64,000 nt of DNA from Gemmatimonadales bacterium (GCA_041615815.1 JBFJCP010000002.1:173025-237024), one strand, 5' to 3'. Positions 28,053-37,616 are shown, numbered from the stretch's first letter. The notes: generated by a model from the letters alone, not told the origin. Program-made: numbers and translations.

Positions 28053-28775
28053 ATGACGGGGCTCTTTCAGGTCCGTCTCGCATGGGCGGCGCTGCGCCGG
28101 CCGGTGATTCCCCATCACTGGGATAGACTCCTGTGGAGTACGGGTGCGATCGCGATCGCCGCCGGTGTGATTGTCGTTGCCGTTCCGGGGAAGGTGGCCG
28201 ATTGGGTTGCGTTCTTTGCGGTGGTGGCGATCGCGTGCGGACCCACGACGGTGATCATTCCCTTTGCATCCGAGCCATTCATCATGGCTTTCGGGCGTCT
28301 GCACGAGCCTCTTGTCGTGGCGCTCGTTGGGACCGGGGCAATGTTCGCGATCGAATTCGTGAACTACCAACTGTATGCAGACGTTTTGCACACACGCGCG
28401 CTACGGCGGTTTCGCAATTCCGAGCTGACGCGACGCGTAGTCCAGGGTTTTCGACACCAACCGTTTCTGATCGTGTTCATCGTGGCTTTTGGGCCCATTC
28501 CGTTTGACATGGTTCGAGCCATCTCAGCCATCTCAGCGTATTCGTTTCCCCGATTCCTCACGGCCATGGTCGCCGGCCGATTCCCTCGCCTGTGGTTGAT
28601 TGCGCTGACAGGGAGCGTGCTTCCATTCACCCCAGCCCAGATCCTGGTGTTCGGTCTCGCCATCGCCGTCCTCGTCACCCTATTCGCCGTCCGACGCCAG
28701 GTCCGACGCGGGAGACACGGAATCGACATGCCGCGCGAGCTGTGGGTCACTGAATCCCCAGAGCCGGGGTCGTGA
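28053..28775 (+). CDS. DedA/VTT (SNARE-associated) family membrane protein
   Basis: 'IPFASEPF' and 'GPIPFDMV..ISAI..YSFPRFL.AMVAGRFPR'. Confidence 0.75.
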   Translation: MTGLFQVRLAWAALRRPVIPHHWDRLLWSTGAIAIAAGVIVVAVPGKVADWVAFFAVVAIACGPTTVIIPFASEPFIMAFGRLHEPLVVALVGTGAMFAIEFVNYQLYADVLHTRALRRFRNSELTRRVVQGFRHQPFLIVFIVAFGPIPFDMVRAISAISAYSFPRFLTAMVAGRFPRLWLIALTGSVLPFTPAQILVFGLAIAVLVTLFAVRRQVRRGRHGIDMPRELWVTESPEPGS

Positions 28776-28875
28776 TTCGCACGCAGCTGGAAACGGCGGC
28801 GGGATCGTCACATCCCGCGCCCGCGACATTACCGAAAACCTCACACAGGCTTCACGCTTCGAGGGGCATATTGAT

Positions 28876-29211
28876 GGTCCGCCGGGCGAGAATTGCGGGA
28901 AGGGACCGCGCCGAGTGTAGCGGCTCCCCGTGGATCCGCGTGATCACCTCGACTCGGCATCATGGTGAGGCGAGAAGTCGCGCCCCCTCACCCACGCCGG
29001 TCTGGCGTCCCGGTGTGCCGTACAAGAGGACGGGAAGTCATCTGTCCTGACTTGTAGCGCCCGCGCTGGTGAATCCAACAGGAGGACTGGGTCCACTGTT
29101 GGAGGATGGAAACCGGAGCTCGGAAGGCCCTACCGCCGAAGGCGACTGCGGTGGCCAACCGGAGAAGAACAGGGACCGTGCAAACACTCCCTGACCCCGG
29201 TAACCAGCGCG
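28876..29211 (+). ncRNA. Candidate structured small RNA (~340 nt; core multi-stem domain 29062-29211)
   Basis: Series of stems filling a non-coding gap between convergent genes, ending just before a strong terminator. The 5' boundary is uncertain. Confidence 0.5.
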
Positions 29212-29214
29212 CAG

Positions 29215-29258
29215 GGGCGGCCCCCTCTCGATCTCGAGAGGGGGCTGCCCTTCTTTTT
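29215..29258 (+). terminator. Intrinsic terminator
   Basis: 16-bp stem GGGCGGCCCCCTCTCG/CGAGAGGGGGCTGCCC with ATCT loop, followed by TTCTTTTT. Confidence 0.88.
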
Positions 29259-29291
29259 AGGGGAGACTGACGACGAGCCTGGAGGCTGGTC

Positions 29292-30347
29292 TCACGGCGA
29301 ACGCCTGAGCGGCACGCCACGGGCCAGCAGCAACTCGGCATTGAGTAGGGCCGCCCCCGCCGCCCCGCGAATCGTGTTGTGACTCAGCGTGAGAAATCGA
29401 AATGCCCCGGTGGCGTCCCGTTTGAGCCGTCCCACAGACACCGCCATCCCCCCACCCGCATCCCGGTCGAGCCGCGGCTGCGGCCGGTCCCGCTCAGATC
29501 GCAGCACGATGGGATGGGGTGGGGCCGAGTGGAGCTTCATCTCCTGCGGTGGCCCCGTAAACGTGCGAAATGCCTCGGCCACGTCGTTCACGTCTACCTG
29601 ATTGCGTAACCGGACCCAGACGGCGGCCACATGGCCGTCCTGAACGGCCACTCGATGGCACTGGGCGCTCACGGAGAACGCCGCTTGAGCAGTGATCTGC
29701 CCGCCGTCAGCTGTACCGAAGAGCTTACCGAGCTCCTGCTCCACCTTCTCTTCTTCGTGGGCAATGTACGGCAGGACATTGTCCGTGATGTCGAGGGCGG
29801 AGACGCCGGGGTATCCCGCACCGGAGAGCGCTTGCATGGTGGCCAGCGTGACCGCCTCCACGCCGAACATGCGGTGCAACGGCGCCAGGGCGAGCGCCAC
29901 CATGATCGCGGTGCAATTCGGATTGGTGACGATGAACCCCGGCCCCGAGCGTTGCTCCAGCAGGCACAGGTGGTCCGGGTTTACTTCGGGAATGACGAGT
30001 GGGACCCGCTCGTCCATGCGGTGGGACGACGAGTTGCTGATGACCGGATATCCCTGGTCCGCGAGCGTGGCTTCTACCGGTTCGGCCACGTCACCGGGAA
30101 GACTCGAAAACACCACATCACAGTCCAGGGGTCCCGAGGGCGCGCCAACCACGATGGACCGCGCCCACTGGGGCATCGCACCCGGGAGTCGCCACGTGCA
30201 GGCGTCACCGAACGGTGTGCCTTGCGAGCGATCCGAGGCCGCCAGAGCCGTGACGACGAACTGGGGATGCCCATCGAGCAACTGAATGAAGCGCTGGCCC
30301 ACCATCCCCGTCGCACCCAGGATCCCCACCCGTGTCCGTTGGGTCAT
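29292..30347 (-). CDS. asd: Aspartate-semialdehyde dehydrogenase (archaeal/eukaryotic-like subtype)
   Basis: 'VGILGATGMVGQRFIQLL..HP', 'VTNPNCT', 'QALSGAG' and 'SHNTIRGAAG'. ATGA overlap with the dapD stop. Confidence 0.95.
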   Translation of the reverse strand: MTQRTRVGILGATGMVGQRFIQLLDGHPQFVVTALAASDRSQGTPFGDACTWRLPGAMPQWARSIVVGAPSGPLDCDVVFSSLPGDVAEPVEATLADQGYPVISNSSSHRMDERVPLVIPEVNPDHLCLLEQRSGPGFIVTNPNCTAIMVALALAPLHRMFGVEAVTLATMQALSGAGYPGVSALDITDNVLPYIAHEEEKVEQELGKLFGTADGGQITAQAAFSVSAQCHRVAVQDGHVAAVWVRLRNQVDVNDVAEAFRTFTGPPQEMKLHSAPPHPIVLRSERDRPQPRLDRDAGGGMAVSVGRLKRDATGAFRFLTLSHNTIRGAAGAALLNAELLLARGVPLRRSP

Positions 30348-31177
30348 CGCAGCGCTTCCTCGAGCAGCGTCGACGCATCCGTCTTCGCGTCTCGGTACTT
30401 CACGATCACGGGCGCATAGGCGCTCAATTCCCAGCGCTTCGCATGTTCGCTGCCGAGTGGCCGCGCACCAGGCACCACCACGGCCCGCCGCGGGACCTCG
30501 AGGACACCCCCAGGCGGGCGTCGATATACTTCGCCGCGCACCGCGTCGTACAGCGGCGTCGACCCCGTGAGGATGGTTCCCGCGGCCAAGACCGCGGCCT
30601 CCCCGACCCGCGTCCCTTCGTAGATGCCACACCCCCCGCCCACCAGGACGTCGTCCTCGATGATCACCGGCATGGCCCCAACCGGCTCGAGCACACCGCC
30701 AATCTGCGCCGCTGCTGAGAGATGCACCCGCCTCCCGATCTGGGCACACGAACCGACGAGGGCATGACTGTCGAGCATCGTGCCCTCCGCCACATACGCG
30801 CCCACATTCACATAGGTGGGCGGCATACAGACGACGCCCGGCGCCACGTAGGATCCGCTGCGAATGCTGGTACCGCCGGGAACCACACGCACGCCGTCAG
30901 CGAGGGTCAGCGGGCGCGTGGGATAGGTGTCCTTGTCGAAGAATCGCAGCGTGCCATCGACGGACATGTCCGCGAGGCTGCCCATCCGAAAGCCGATCAG
31001 AATGCCGCGCTTCACCCAGGCGTTGACCCGCCATGTCCCGTCGGGCCCCTGCTCGGCGGCGCGGATCTCCCCACGGTTCAACCCACGGAGAAACTCGTCG
31101 AACGCCGCCCGGTCCGCCGGCGTGTACTGGCCGCTCGGGCGCTCGGCGAGCGCCTCGATGCGGTCACGAAGAGGCAT
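30344..31177 (-). CDS. dapD: Tetrahydrodipicolinate N-succinyltransferase
   Basis: 'W.VNAWVKRGILIGFR', 'YVNVGAYV', 'VGSCAQIG' and 'GGVLEP'. Confidence 0.95.
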   Translation of the reverse strand: MPLRDRIEALAERPSGQYTPADRAAFDEFLRGLNRGEIRAAEQGPDGTWRVNAWVKRGILIGFRMGSLADMSVDGTLRFFDKDTYPTRPLTLADGVRVVPGGTSIRSGSYVAPGVVCMPPTYVNVGAYVAEGTMLDSHALVGSCAQIGRRVHLSAAAQIGGVLEPVGAMPVIIEDDVLVGGGCGIYEGTRVGEAAVLAAGTILTGSTPLYDAVRGEVYRRPPGGVLEVPRRAVVVPGARPLGSEHAKRWELSAYAPVIVKYRDAKTDASTLLEEALR

Positions 31178-32087
31178 GCACCGCCGATGCGAGTAGGTCC
31201 AACTCCTGCAGGAGCGCTGACAGCTTCTGCTTGGTCCGATCTTCCACAGGCACGAGCGGGAGGCGGAAGTGCTCCTCGAGGAGTCCCATGAGCGCGAGGG
31301 CGGCTTTCACCGGTCCCGGATTGGTCTCCAAGAAGTTGGCCTCCATCAATGGGAGAAGTCGATTGTGGAGCCCGCGCGCCGCCTCGAAGTCTCCGCTCAG
31401 CGCCAACACTGTGAGTCGCGCCATCATCTCCGGCGCCTCGTTCCCGACTACCGAGATGACACCATCGGCCCCCAGGGCGATCAGCGGCAGCGTGACCGCG
31501 TCGTCACCAGATAGCACGCGGAAGCCCGCGGGCCGGTCGCGTAGGATCGCCATGATCTGCGAGAGGTTCCCCGACGCTTCTTTGACCGCCACCACGTTGT
31601 CGACCTCGCGGGCCAGTTTGAGCGTTGTCTCTGCCGAAATGTTGCATGCCGTACGCCCGGGGACGTTGTACAACACCACCGGCGTTCCAGGCACCGCCTC
31701 CGCAACCACCCGGAAATGGGCGAAGAGGCCGGCCTGCGTGGGCTTGTTGTAGTATGGAGCCACCACCAACAACGCATCCGCTCCCACGTCGACGGCCGCG
31801 CGCGCGCGTTCCACGACGGCGGCAGTTGCGTTGGTCCCGACCCCTGCGATCACGCGGGCACGGCCGCGGGTGCTCTCGACGGTCAGGGCGATGACCTGTC
31901 GCTGTTCTTCGGCCGTCATGGTGGCGCCTTCGCCGGTGGTGCCGCATGGAACGAGCAAACGCACGCCGCCCTCGATTTGCCGCTCGAGGAGATGCCGCAT
32001 CCGAGGCTCGTCCAGGGCGCCCGTGCGGGTAAATGGGGTCACCAGCGCGGTGGCGCATCCTTTTAACCATTCCACTGTCTGGGTCAT
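31164..32087 (-). CDS. dapA: 4-hydroxy-tetrahydrodipicolinate synthase
   Basis: 'ALVTPF', 'GTTGE', 'PYYNKP', 'YNVPGRT' and 'KEASG'. Confidence 0.97.
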   Translation of the reverse strand: MTQTVEWLKGCATALVTPFTRTGALDEPRMRHLLERQIEGGVRLLVPCGTTGEGATMTAEEQRQVIALTVESTRGRARVIAGVGTNATAAVVERARAAVDVGADALLVVAPYYNKPTQAGLFAHFRVVAEAVPGTPVVLYNVPGRTACNISAETTLKLAREVDNVVAVKEASGNLSQIMAILRDRPAGFRVLSGDDAVTLPLIALGADGVISVVGNEAPEMMARLTVLALSGDFEAARGLHNRLLPLMEANFLETNPGPVKAALALMGLLEEHFRLPLVPVEDRTKQKLSALLQELDLLASAVHASS

Positions 32088-32794
32088 CGTGCGGTCCTCT
32101 CTTCAAGCATGGCGTTGAGGACATCGGCAAAGGTGTACACGCCTGTCTTCCCGCGGAGCCACCGGGCGGCGAGGAGTGCACCGCTGACGAACCCCATTCT
32201 GGTTCGCGCGGTGTGGGTCAACAAAATCTGATCGGCTTCGCTGTCGAAGCCCACCCGATGGGTCCCGGGAATGTGTCCCGCTCTCGTACTTGCGACAGGT
32301 ACCTCAGGGAGATGCCGGGTCTCGAGCACTTCCCGGAGTCGCAGCGCCGTGCCAGATGGCGCATCCCGCTTCCCGGCGTGGTGCGCCTCCTCGATGAACG
32401 CGTCGTACAGGTCGATAGCGGCAAACAGCTCCGCCGCACGACTGACGAGACGATAAAAGAGATTGGCGCCCACCGAGAAGTTCTCGCCGATCACCATCGC
32501 CCCGCCCGCTCGCTCCACCACCGCCCGGACGTCCTGCTCGTGCTCGCCCCAGCCGGTCGTACCTTCCACGATGGGGACGCCCGCGGCGGCGCAGGCCGCC
32601 ACGTTCCGCGGTACGGCGGATCCGACGGAGAAGTCGATGGCGGCGTCGTGGCCCTCGAGACGTTCGGCAAGCTTCTGAGACGCGCGATCGGCATCATCGG
32701 ACGTGAACACCTCGCCGATGGACATCCCCTCGTCGAGCAGCCGCGCTTCGACGAGGCGACCCATCCGACCACGGCCGAACAAGGCGATTCTCAC
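32084..32794 (-). CDS. dapB: 4-hydroxy-tetrahydrodipicolinate reductase
   Basis: 'GRGRMG', 'IDFS', 'GTTG', 'NFSVG' and 'EAHHAGKRDAPSGTA'. Confidence 0.95.
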   Translation of the reverse strand: MRIALFGRGRMGRLVEARLLDEGMSIGEVFTSDDADRASQKLAERLEGHDAAIDFSVGSAVPRNVAACAAAGVPIVEGTTGWGEHEQDVRAVVERAGGAMVIGENFSVGANLFYRLVSRAAELFAAIDLYDAFIEEAHHAGKRDAPSGTALRLREVLETRHLPEVPVASTRAGHIPGTHRVGFDSEADQILLTHTARTRMGFVSGALLAARWLRGKTGVYTFADVLNAMLEERTAR

Positions 32795-35247
32795 GTCCGC
32801 TCCGCTGTGGCCGCGGAGGACGGGGTCACGGGGTCGGACTCGAGTAACGTCTCTGCCAGTTGGACGTAGAGGTCCACACCCCGTCGCAACTCGGTCTTCG
32901 CGATCCGTTCGCCCGCGCTGTGCGCGTAGCGAATCGATCCCGGCCCCAGCAAGAATCCCGTACCCCAGTTCGAGAGGTGTGGGACGTCGGTTGTGAATCC
33001 CACGACGCAGGTTTCGAAACCCGACACCGCCGGAAGCCGCATGGGCTGTGTGATCGAGCCGTACGCGATGTGTGCACGATCGCCGACCGCTCTTTCGATC
33101 ATCGCTTTGATGGGCTCCGCTGACGTCACGAGCCGGATTTGCAGTTCCGCCTGAGCGTCGGTGGCCAACACATTAGGTGCGGTCCCACCTCGGATGGTTC
33201 CGATGTGCAGGGTCGTGGCGCCGAAGTAGGGGTCGGTGGGCCAGTCTGACCGTCGGAGATCGTCCAGGGCGTCCAGCAGGCGATGAACGGCGGAGCTCGC
33301 CGCGTCACCGAATCCTGCGTGGCCACCGGGACCCGTGGCCGAGAGCCGAAATTGGAGTGATCCACGGGATCCGACCGCCAGGCGGTTGTCCGTAGGCTCA
33401 CCGACGACGACGTAGCGGCATTCGCGCGCACGGGGATGCGCATTGGCAGACCGGGCGCCGAGACTGGCAAGCTCCTCGTCCGCCACGAAGAGCAGACCCA
33501 CCTCCTTCACCCCGCCTGCCCGAAGTCGCTCGGCGGCGAGGATCTGCGCGGCGGCGATCCCCTTGGCGTCACACGCTCCACGCCCCAGCACCGACTCGCC
33601 GTCTTCGTGTGATGGAAGATGGGGTGGCACGGTATCGAGGTGCGTGCAGAACACGAGGCGCGGATGCTCGCCGTTATACGCGAGCAGATTGGGGCGTCCG
33701 GGGGCGGCATCGAATTGGTCGACGCGATACCCAAACCCCTCGAGCAGGGTGGCAACGAACGCGGTGACCTCCGCCTCGTCACCCGAGACGGACGGGATGT
33801 CGATGAGATCCCGGGCCAGACTCACGACATCGAGCTGTCGGTCGGTTCGGCGATTCGCGGTGCGGACAGGCGGCGCCGAGCTGGTAGGCTCCTCGAGGAG
33901 TGATCGATGCAGACGCTGCACAGCGTCACCCACCTGCCGTTCGTCGATCACGAACGTCATGTTGAGGCGCGACGCACCTTGCGAGATGAGCGATACGTTC
34001 ACATCTGGGATCGTCCGAAAGATCCGCGCGGCAATTCCTGGTGTGGTGCGGAGACCCTCCCCCACCACGCAGATTACCGCCCGCCCGCTCTCAGTCGAAA
34101 CCTCACCGAGCGCGCGAAGCTCTTCGACGATCTTGGGTAGTGAGGTCGTGTCGTCCACGGTAAGGGACACGCTCACCTCTGACGTCGACACCACGTCGAC
34201 AGCCGTTCGGTGGCGATCGAACACCTCGAACAACACGTGCAGAAAACCGGCCGCACCCAACATCCGGCCCGACGTCACCTGCACAACCGTGATGCCGCTG
34301 CGGTGCGCGATAGACTTCACGGTGCCTGGCCAGATGTGCGCTTCGTCGGTGATGAGCGTGCCGGGTACATCCGGGGCCAGGGTGCTGAGCGTCCGAATGG
34401 GAATGCGGTGGTCACGAGCAGGTGCCAGGGTCTTGGGATGCAGCACCTTGGCGCCGAAGAACGCCAGCTCCGCGGCTTCGGCGTAGGAGAGTACGGGGAT
34501 CGCCCTCGCCTCCGCCACGAGACGGGGATCTGCGGTGAGGACGCCGGGCACGTCGGTCCAGACCTGAATCTCCGCCGCGCGCAGTGCGGCACCCAATAGC
34601 GCCGCCGTGTAATCCGATCCACCTCGTCCCAGCGTGGTGGTCGCGCCCGCTTCGGTCGCCCCGATGAACCCTCCAACCACCGGGATCCGTCCGCCCGCGA
34701 GGTGTGGCTCGAGGGATTCGCAGGTCCGTCGATAGGTTGCCTCCCGGATCGGGATCGCCCGGCCGTGCTTGCTGTCGGTGACAATGCAGGATCGCGGGTC
34801 GATGCATACGGCCGGGAGGTCATGGGCCGTCAGGACCGCCGCAAGCAAGGAGCTCGCGAGCCGCTCGCCGTAGGCCGCGATCTCGTCGATCAGAGCCGCT
34901 CGCTGAGCCGGCTCCGTCGCGCATCGCTCGAGGAGCTGAGCGATCGCTCGACTGGCGTTTGCGAGCTCGACGCGGACGTCGTGCGACGAACCGCCCGGTA
35001 CCAGCGCCTCGATGATCTCCTCATGGCGGGAGAACTGCGGGGACAACGCCGCAAACGCGTGGCCGGCCCCGGCGGCGGCCGCCTGGGTCGTGGCGCCGAG
35101 GAGCGCGTCCGTCATCCCGCCAAGCGCCGAGACCACCACCACGCGAGGCCCACGGCATTCGCGGACGATGGTCGCGACGCGCTCGAAAGCAGCGGCATCC
35201 GCCACCGACGTTCCACCGAATTTGAGAACGATCGGGCCGTCATGCAT
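32791..35247 (-). CDS. lysC: Aspartokinase (LysC type, two ACT domains) fused to an M20A ArgE/DapE-type deacylase
   Basis: 'VLKFGGTSV', 'TTLGRGGSDYTA' and 'GAKVLHP', then 'HLDTV', 'GRGACDAKG', 'DEE', 'GEPT' and 'AHS' in one continuous frame. Start 35247, or GTG 35292. Confidence 0.9.
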   Translation of the reverse strand: MHDGPIVLKFGGTSVADAAAFERVATIVRECRGPRVVVVSALGGMTDALLGATTQAAAAGAGHAFAALSPQFSRHEEIIEALVPGGSSHDVRVELANASRAIAQLLERCATEPAQRAALIDEIAAYGERLASSLLAAVLTAHDLPAVCIDPRSCIVTDSKHGRAIPIREATYRRTCESLEPHLAGGRIPVVGGFIGATEAGATTTLGRGGSDYTAALLGAALRAAEIQVWTDVPGVLTADPRLVAEARAIPVLSYAEAAELAFFGAKVLHPKTLAPARDHRIPIRTLSTLAPDVPGTLITDEAHIWPGTVKSIAHRSGITVVQVTSGRMLGAAGFLHVLFEVFDRHRTAVDVVSTSEVSVSLTVDDTTSLPKIVEELRALGEVSTESGRAVICVVGEGLRTTPGIAARIFRTIPDVNVSLISQGASRLNMTFVIDERQVGDAVQRLHRSLLEEPTSSAPPVRTANRRTDRQLDVVSLARDLIDIPSVSGDEAEVTAFVATLLEGFGYRVDQFDAAPGRPNLLAYNGEHPRLVFCTHLDTVPPHLPSHEDGESVLGRGACDAKGIAAAQILAAERLRAGGVKEVGLLFVADEELASLGARSANAHPRARECRYVVVGEPTDNRLAVGSRGSLQFRLSATGPGGHAGFGDAASSAVHRLLDALDDLRRSDWPTDPYFGATTLHIGTIRGGTAPNVLATDAQAELQIRLVTSAEPIKAMIERAVGDRAHIAYGSITQPMRLPAVSGFETCVVGFTTDVPHLSNWGTGFLLGPGSIRYAHSAGERIAKTELRRGVDLYVQLAETLLESDPVTPSSAATAERT

Positions 35248-35348
35248 GGGCGTAGTTCCGACGAGGGTGGTAGGCCTCCGTAAACTGACCACCCTCGACT
35301 GGTTCCACCAGTGTCCCCCAGTATAGCTTTGACAGCCGAGCCGACCCG

Positions 35349-36308
35349 ATGGACGCCCGCATGATCACTCCTTGCCGAGAACTCGGGACACTCCTGTCGT
35401 TCGTGGCCGTCATGGTCGTACTCTTTGGCGGCTGTCGGCGACAGCCGGAGACGCCTCCCGTGCAGGAGGGGCTACGGCCCATCAACGGAACGGCGCTTTA
35501 CGTGAAGCGAATGGGCGCCGGCGAGCCGATCGTCATCGTCCACGGCGGGCCCGTGCTCGAGCACGGCTACTTGCTCCCACATCTGGCACCGCTCGCCGAC
35601 TCGCACGAGCTCATTTTCTACGATCAGCGCTTGAGCGGCCGATCGGCTCCGAGCGTGGATAGCAGCAGCGTTCGACTCGCGACGTACGTCGACGACATCG
35701 ACGCGTTGCGGCAGACCCTTGGACTCGACCGGATGCACCTCCTGGGCCACTCGTGGGGTGGATTGCTTGCGATGCACTACGCGCTCCGCTACCAGCCGAA
35801 TCTCGAGTCGCTGATGCTGGTAAGCTCCATGCCGGCAAGCGTGGACCGTTGGCAGGAAGAAGAGCGTCAGATCGCCGGTCAGTTGACGCGGAGGGACAGT
35901 CTCGAGCGCGACTCGATCATGGCCACCGAACAATTCATCGAGCGGGCGCCGGCGGCGATCCGGGAGCTCTTGTTGTTCTCCTTCAAGCAGCAGTTTCATG
36001 ACCGATCCAAGATTCGCGAACTCGAGCTCTACGTTCCCCCGGACTACACGGATCGCGCGCGGCAGTTCGGATATCTGAGAGAGGACCTTTCGAGTTTCGA
36101 TCTATATGACGAGCTGGCCAGTATTTCCGTTCCGACGCTCGTTTTGTATGGAGCCGCTGAAGCAGCGGTCGCGAGCGGCATCATGGACCTTGCGGAGCGG
36201 ATTCCGAACTCGAAGCTCGTGATCGTCGGGGACGCCGGTCACTTCCCCTTCGTCGAGCAGCCAGAACGGTTTCTCCGCGCCGTACGCGACTTCCTCCGAG
36301 GCTCCTGA
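35349..36308 (+). CDS. Alpha/beta hydrolase (proline iminopeptidase-like), probable lipoprotein
   Basis: 'HGGP', 'YDQR..GRS', 'GHSWGG' and 'GHFPFVE'. Exact start uncertain. Confidence 0.88.
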   Translation: MDARMITPCRELGTLLSFVAVMVVLFGGCRRQPETPPVQEGLRPINGTALYVKRMGAGEPIVIVHGGPVLEHGYLLPHLAPLADSHELIFYDQRLSGRSAPSVDSSSVRLATYVDDIDALRQTLGLDRMHLLGHSWGGLLAMHYALRYQPNLESLMLVSSMPASVDRWQEEERQIAGQLTRRDSLERDSIMATEQFIERAPAAIRELLLFSFKQQFHDRSKIRELELYVPPDYTDRARQFGYLREDLSSFDLYDELASISVPTLVLYGAAEAAVASGIMDLAERIPNSKLVIVGDAGHFPFVEQPERFLRAVRDFLRGS

Positions 36309-36360
36309 CGGCGGCACCATGCGGTGACGGAACGGGCCCGAGCCCGGAATAGACACGCCG

Positions 36361-36867
36361 CTACTGAAGGACCGCGTAGAGGCCCATCAGCCCGATCACG
36401 AAGCCGAACCCCATCTTCAGCCCGGCAGCCGCGGCGCGGCCCAGGACGGCACCCCACCCTGCCCCCATCGCCGTCCCGGTCCCCCGGCTATAGGTATACT
36501 CGAACAGCGCTGCCCCGATGAACGAGCCCACGAACGCACCGAGGACGCTTCCGAGGAGGGGAACTGGAAGTCCCAGGACGGCGCCCACGATACCACCGGC
36601 CAGCGCGCCCCAGCCGGCCCGCTTGGAGCCGCCGTATCGGCGGGTCATGCGGTAGCCGATCCACGCCTCGAGGATCTCGCCCACGAAGGCGAGGCCGAGC
36701 GCCACCAGGATCATCGTGGTGCTCACGGACGCAAAGTCGGTCAGCCAACCATAACCCAGCAGGCCCACAAGGATGACCCAGAGGCCCGGCAAGCCGAGCG
36801 GAATCAAGACCACGCCCGCCACGAAACAGACAACGAGGATGAGTATCGCGATCGCGTCGACGATCAT
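36361..36867 (-). CDS. DUF456 (YqgC-like) membrane protein
   Basis: 'LPG' and 'RYGGSKRAGWGALAGGIVG...PVPLLGSVLGAFVG.FIGA'. Confidence 0.85.
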   Translation of the reverse strand: MIVDAIAILILVVCFVAGVVLIPLGLPGLWVILVGLLGYGWLTDFASVSTTMILVALGLAFVGEILEAWIGYRMTRRYGGSKRAGWGALAGGIVGAVLGLPVPLLGSVLGAFVGSFIGAALFEYTYSRGTGTAMGAGWGAVLGRAAAAGLKMGFGFVIGLMGLYAVLQ

Positions 36868-36959
36868 GGTAGTGCGGTCGAAGATGGATCAGTGAGGCGG
36901 CACCCGCTAGCGGGGTGCCGCTGTGAAACTCTCAGGGCCACGTGACGCAGGGAGATGCT

Positions 36960-37616
36960 ATGCGATTCGACGAGTTGCAGAGCCGGTTACGCCGGCTGGA
37001 CCCGGCCTGTATTTGCGACGCCGATAAGACGCTTCGCGTCCTGGATCCAGGGATTCGGCCCATCCGGCAGGATCTGACGCTGATCGGCCGGGCCCGCACC
37101 GTGGTGTGCCACGACGACTTCCTCACGGTGCTCGCAGCCTTGGCGGATGCGACACCCGATGACGTGCTGGTGATCGATGGCCGCGGTGGTCGCCGTGCGC
37201 TCGCCGGTGAGCTTTTCGCATCGGAGTGCGTGCGGCGGGGAATGGCCGGACTCGTTGTCGACGGCGCCGTCCGCGATACCACCGCCCTTCGCCACCTCGC
37301 GCTTCCCGTCTACAGTCGACACACCAACCCGATGGCAGGCACGGCCCACCAGTTGTTCGAAACACAAATCGAGATCAGGTGCGGCGGTGTGTCCGTGCGT
37401 CCAGGCGACATTCTGTTTGGCGACGGGGACGGCGTGGTCGTTCTATCGGCAGACGAGTTGACTCACGTGATCGAACACGCGGAGACCATCCAGGAGACAG
37501 AGCGACGTGCGTTGGAACGGCTCGCGGCGGGTACGAGCCTCACCGGCCTACTGAATCTGAGGGAGCATCTGGCAGCCGTGCGAGCCGGCCGTGAGAGCCA
37601 GCTCCGGCTCGGGTGA
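36960..37616 (+). CDS. RraA/HMG-aldolase family protein
   Basis: 'GRARTV', 'DVLVID', 'ALAGELFA', '[10 protein letters not shown]' and '[14 protein letters not shown]'. Confidence 0.9.
   Translation: MRFDELQSRLRRLDPACICDADKTLRVLDPGIRPIRQDLTLIGRARTVVCHDDFLTVLAALADATPDDVLVIDGRGGRRALAGELFASECVRRGMAGLVVDGAVRDTTALRHLALPVYSRHTNPMAGTAHQLFETQIEIRCGGVSVRPGDILFGDGDGVVVLSADELTHVIEHAETIQETERRALERLAAGTSLTGLLNLREHLAAVRAGRESQLRLG

Noticed and set aside
29060..29215. Lysine, glycine, cobalamin or c-di-AMP riboswitch, or 6S RNA
   Set aside because: Only fragments match (GCCGAAG, GGUGAAUCC), no same-strand gene follows, and the fold is multibranched rather than a 6S-like rod. Kept as an unclassified RNA pending cmscan.
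36897..36921. GC-rich palindrome GCGGCACCC...GGGTGCCGC as a terminator
   Set aside because: It lies between divergent genes and has no U-tract; at most a possible operator.
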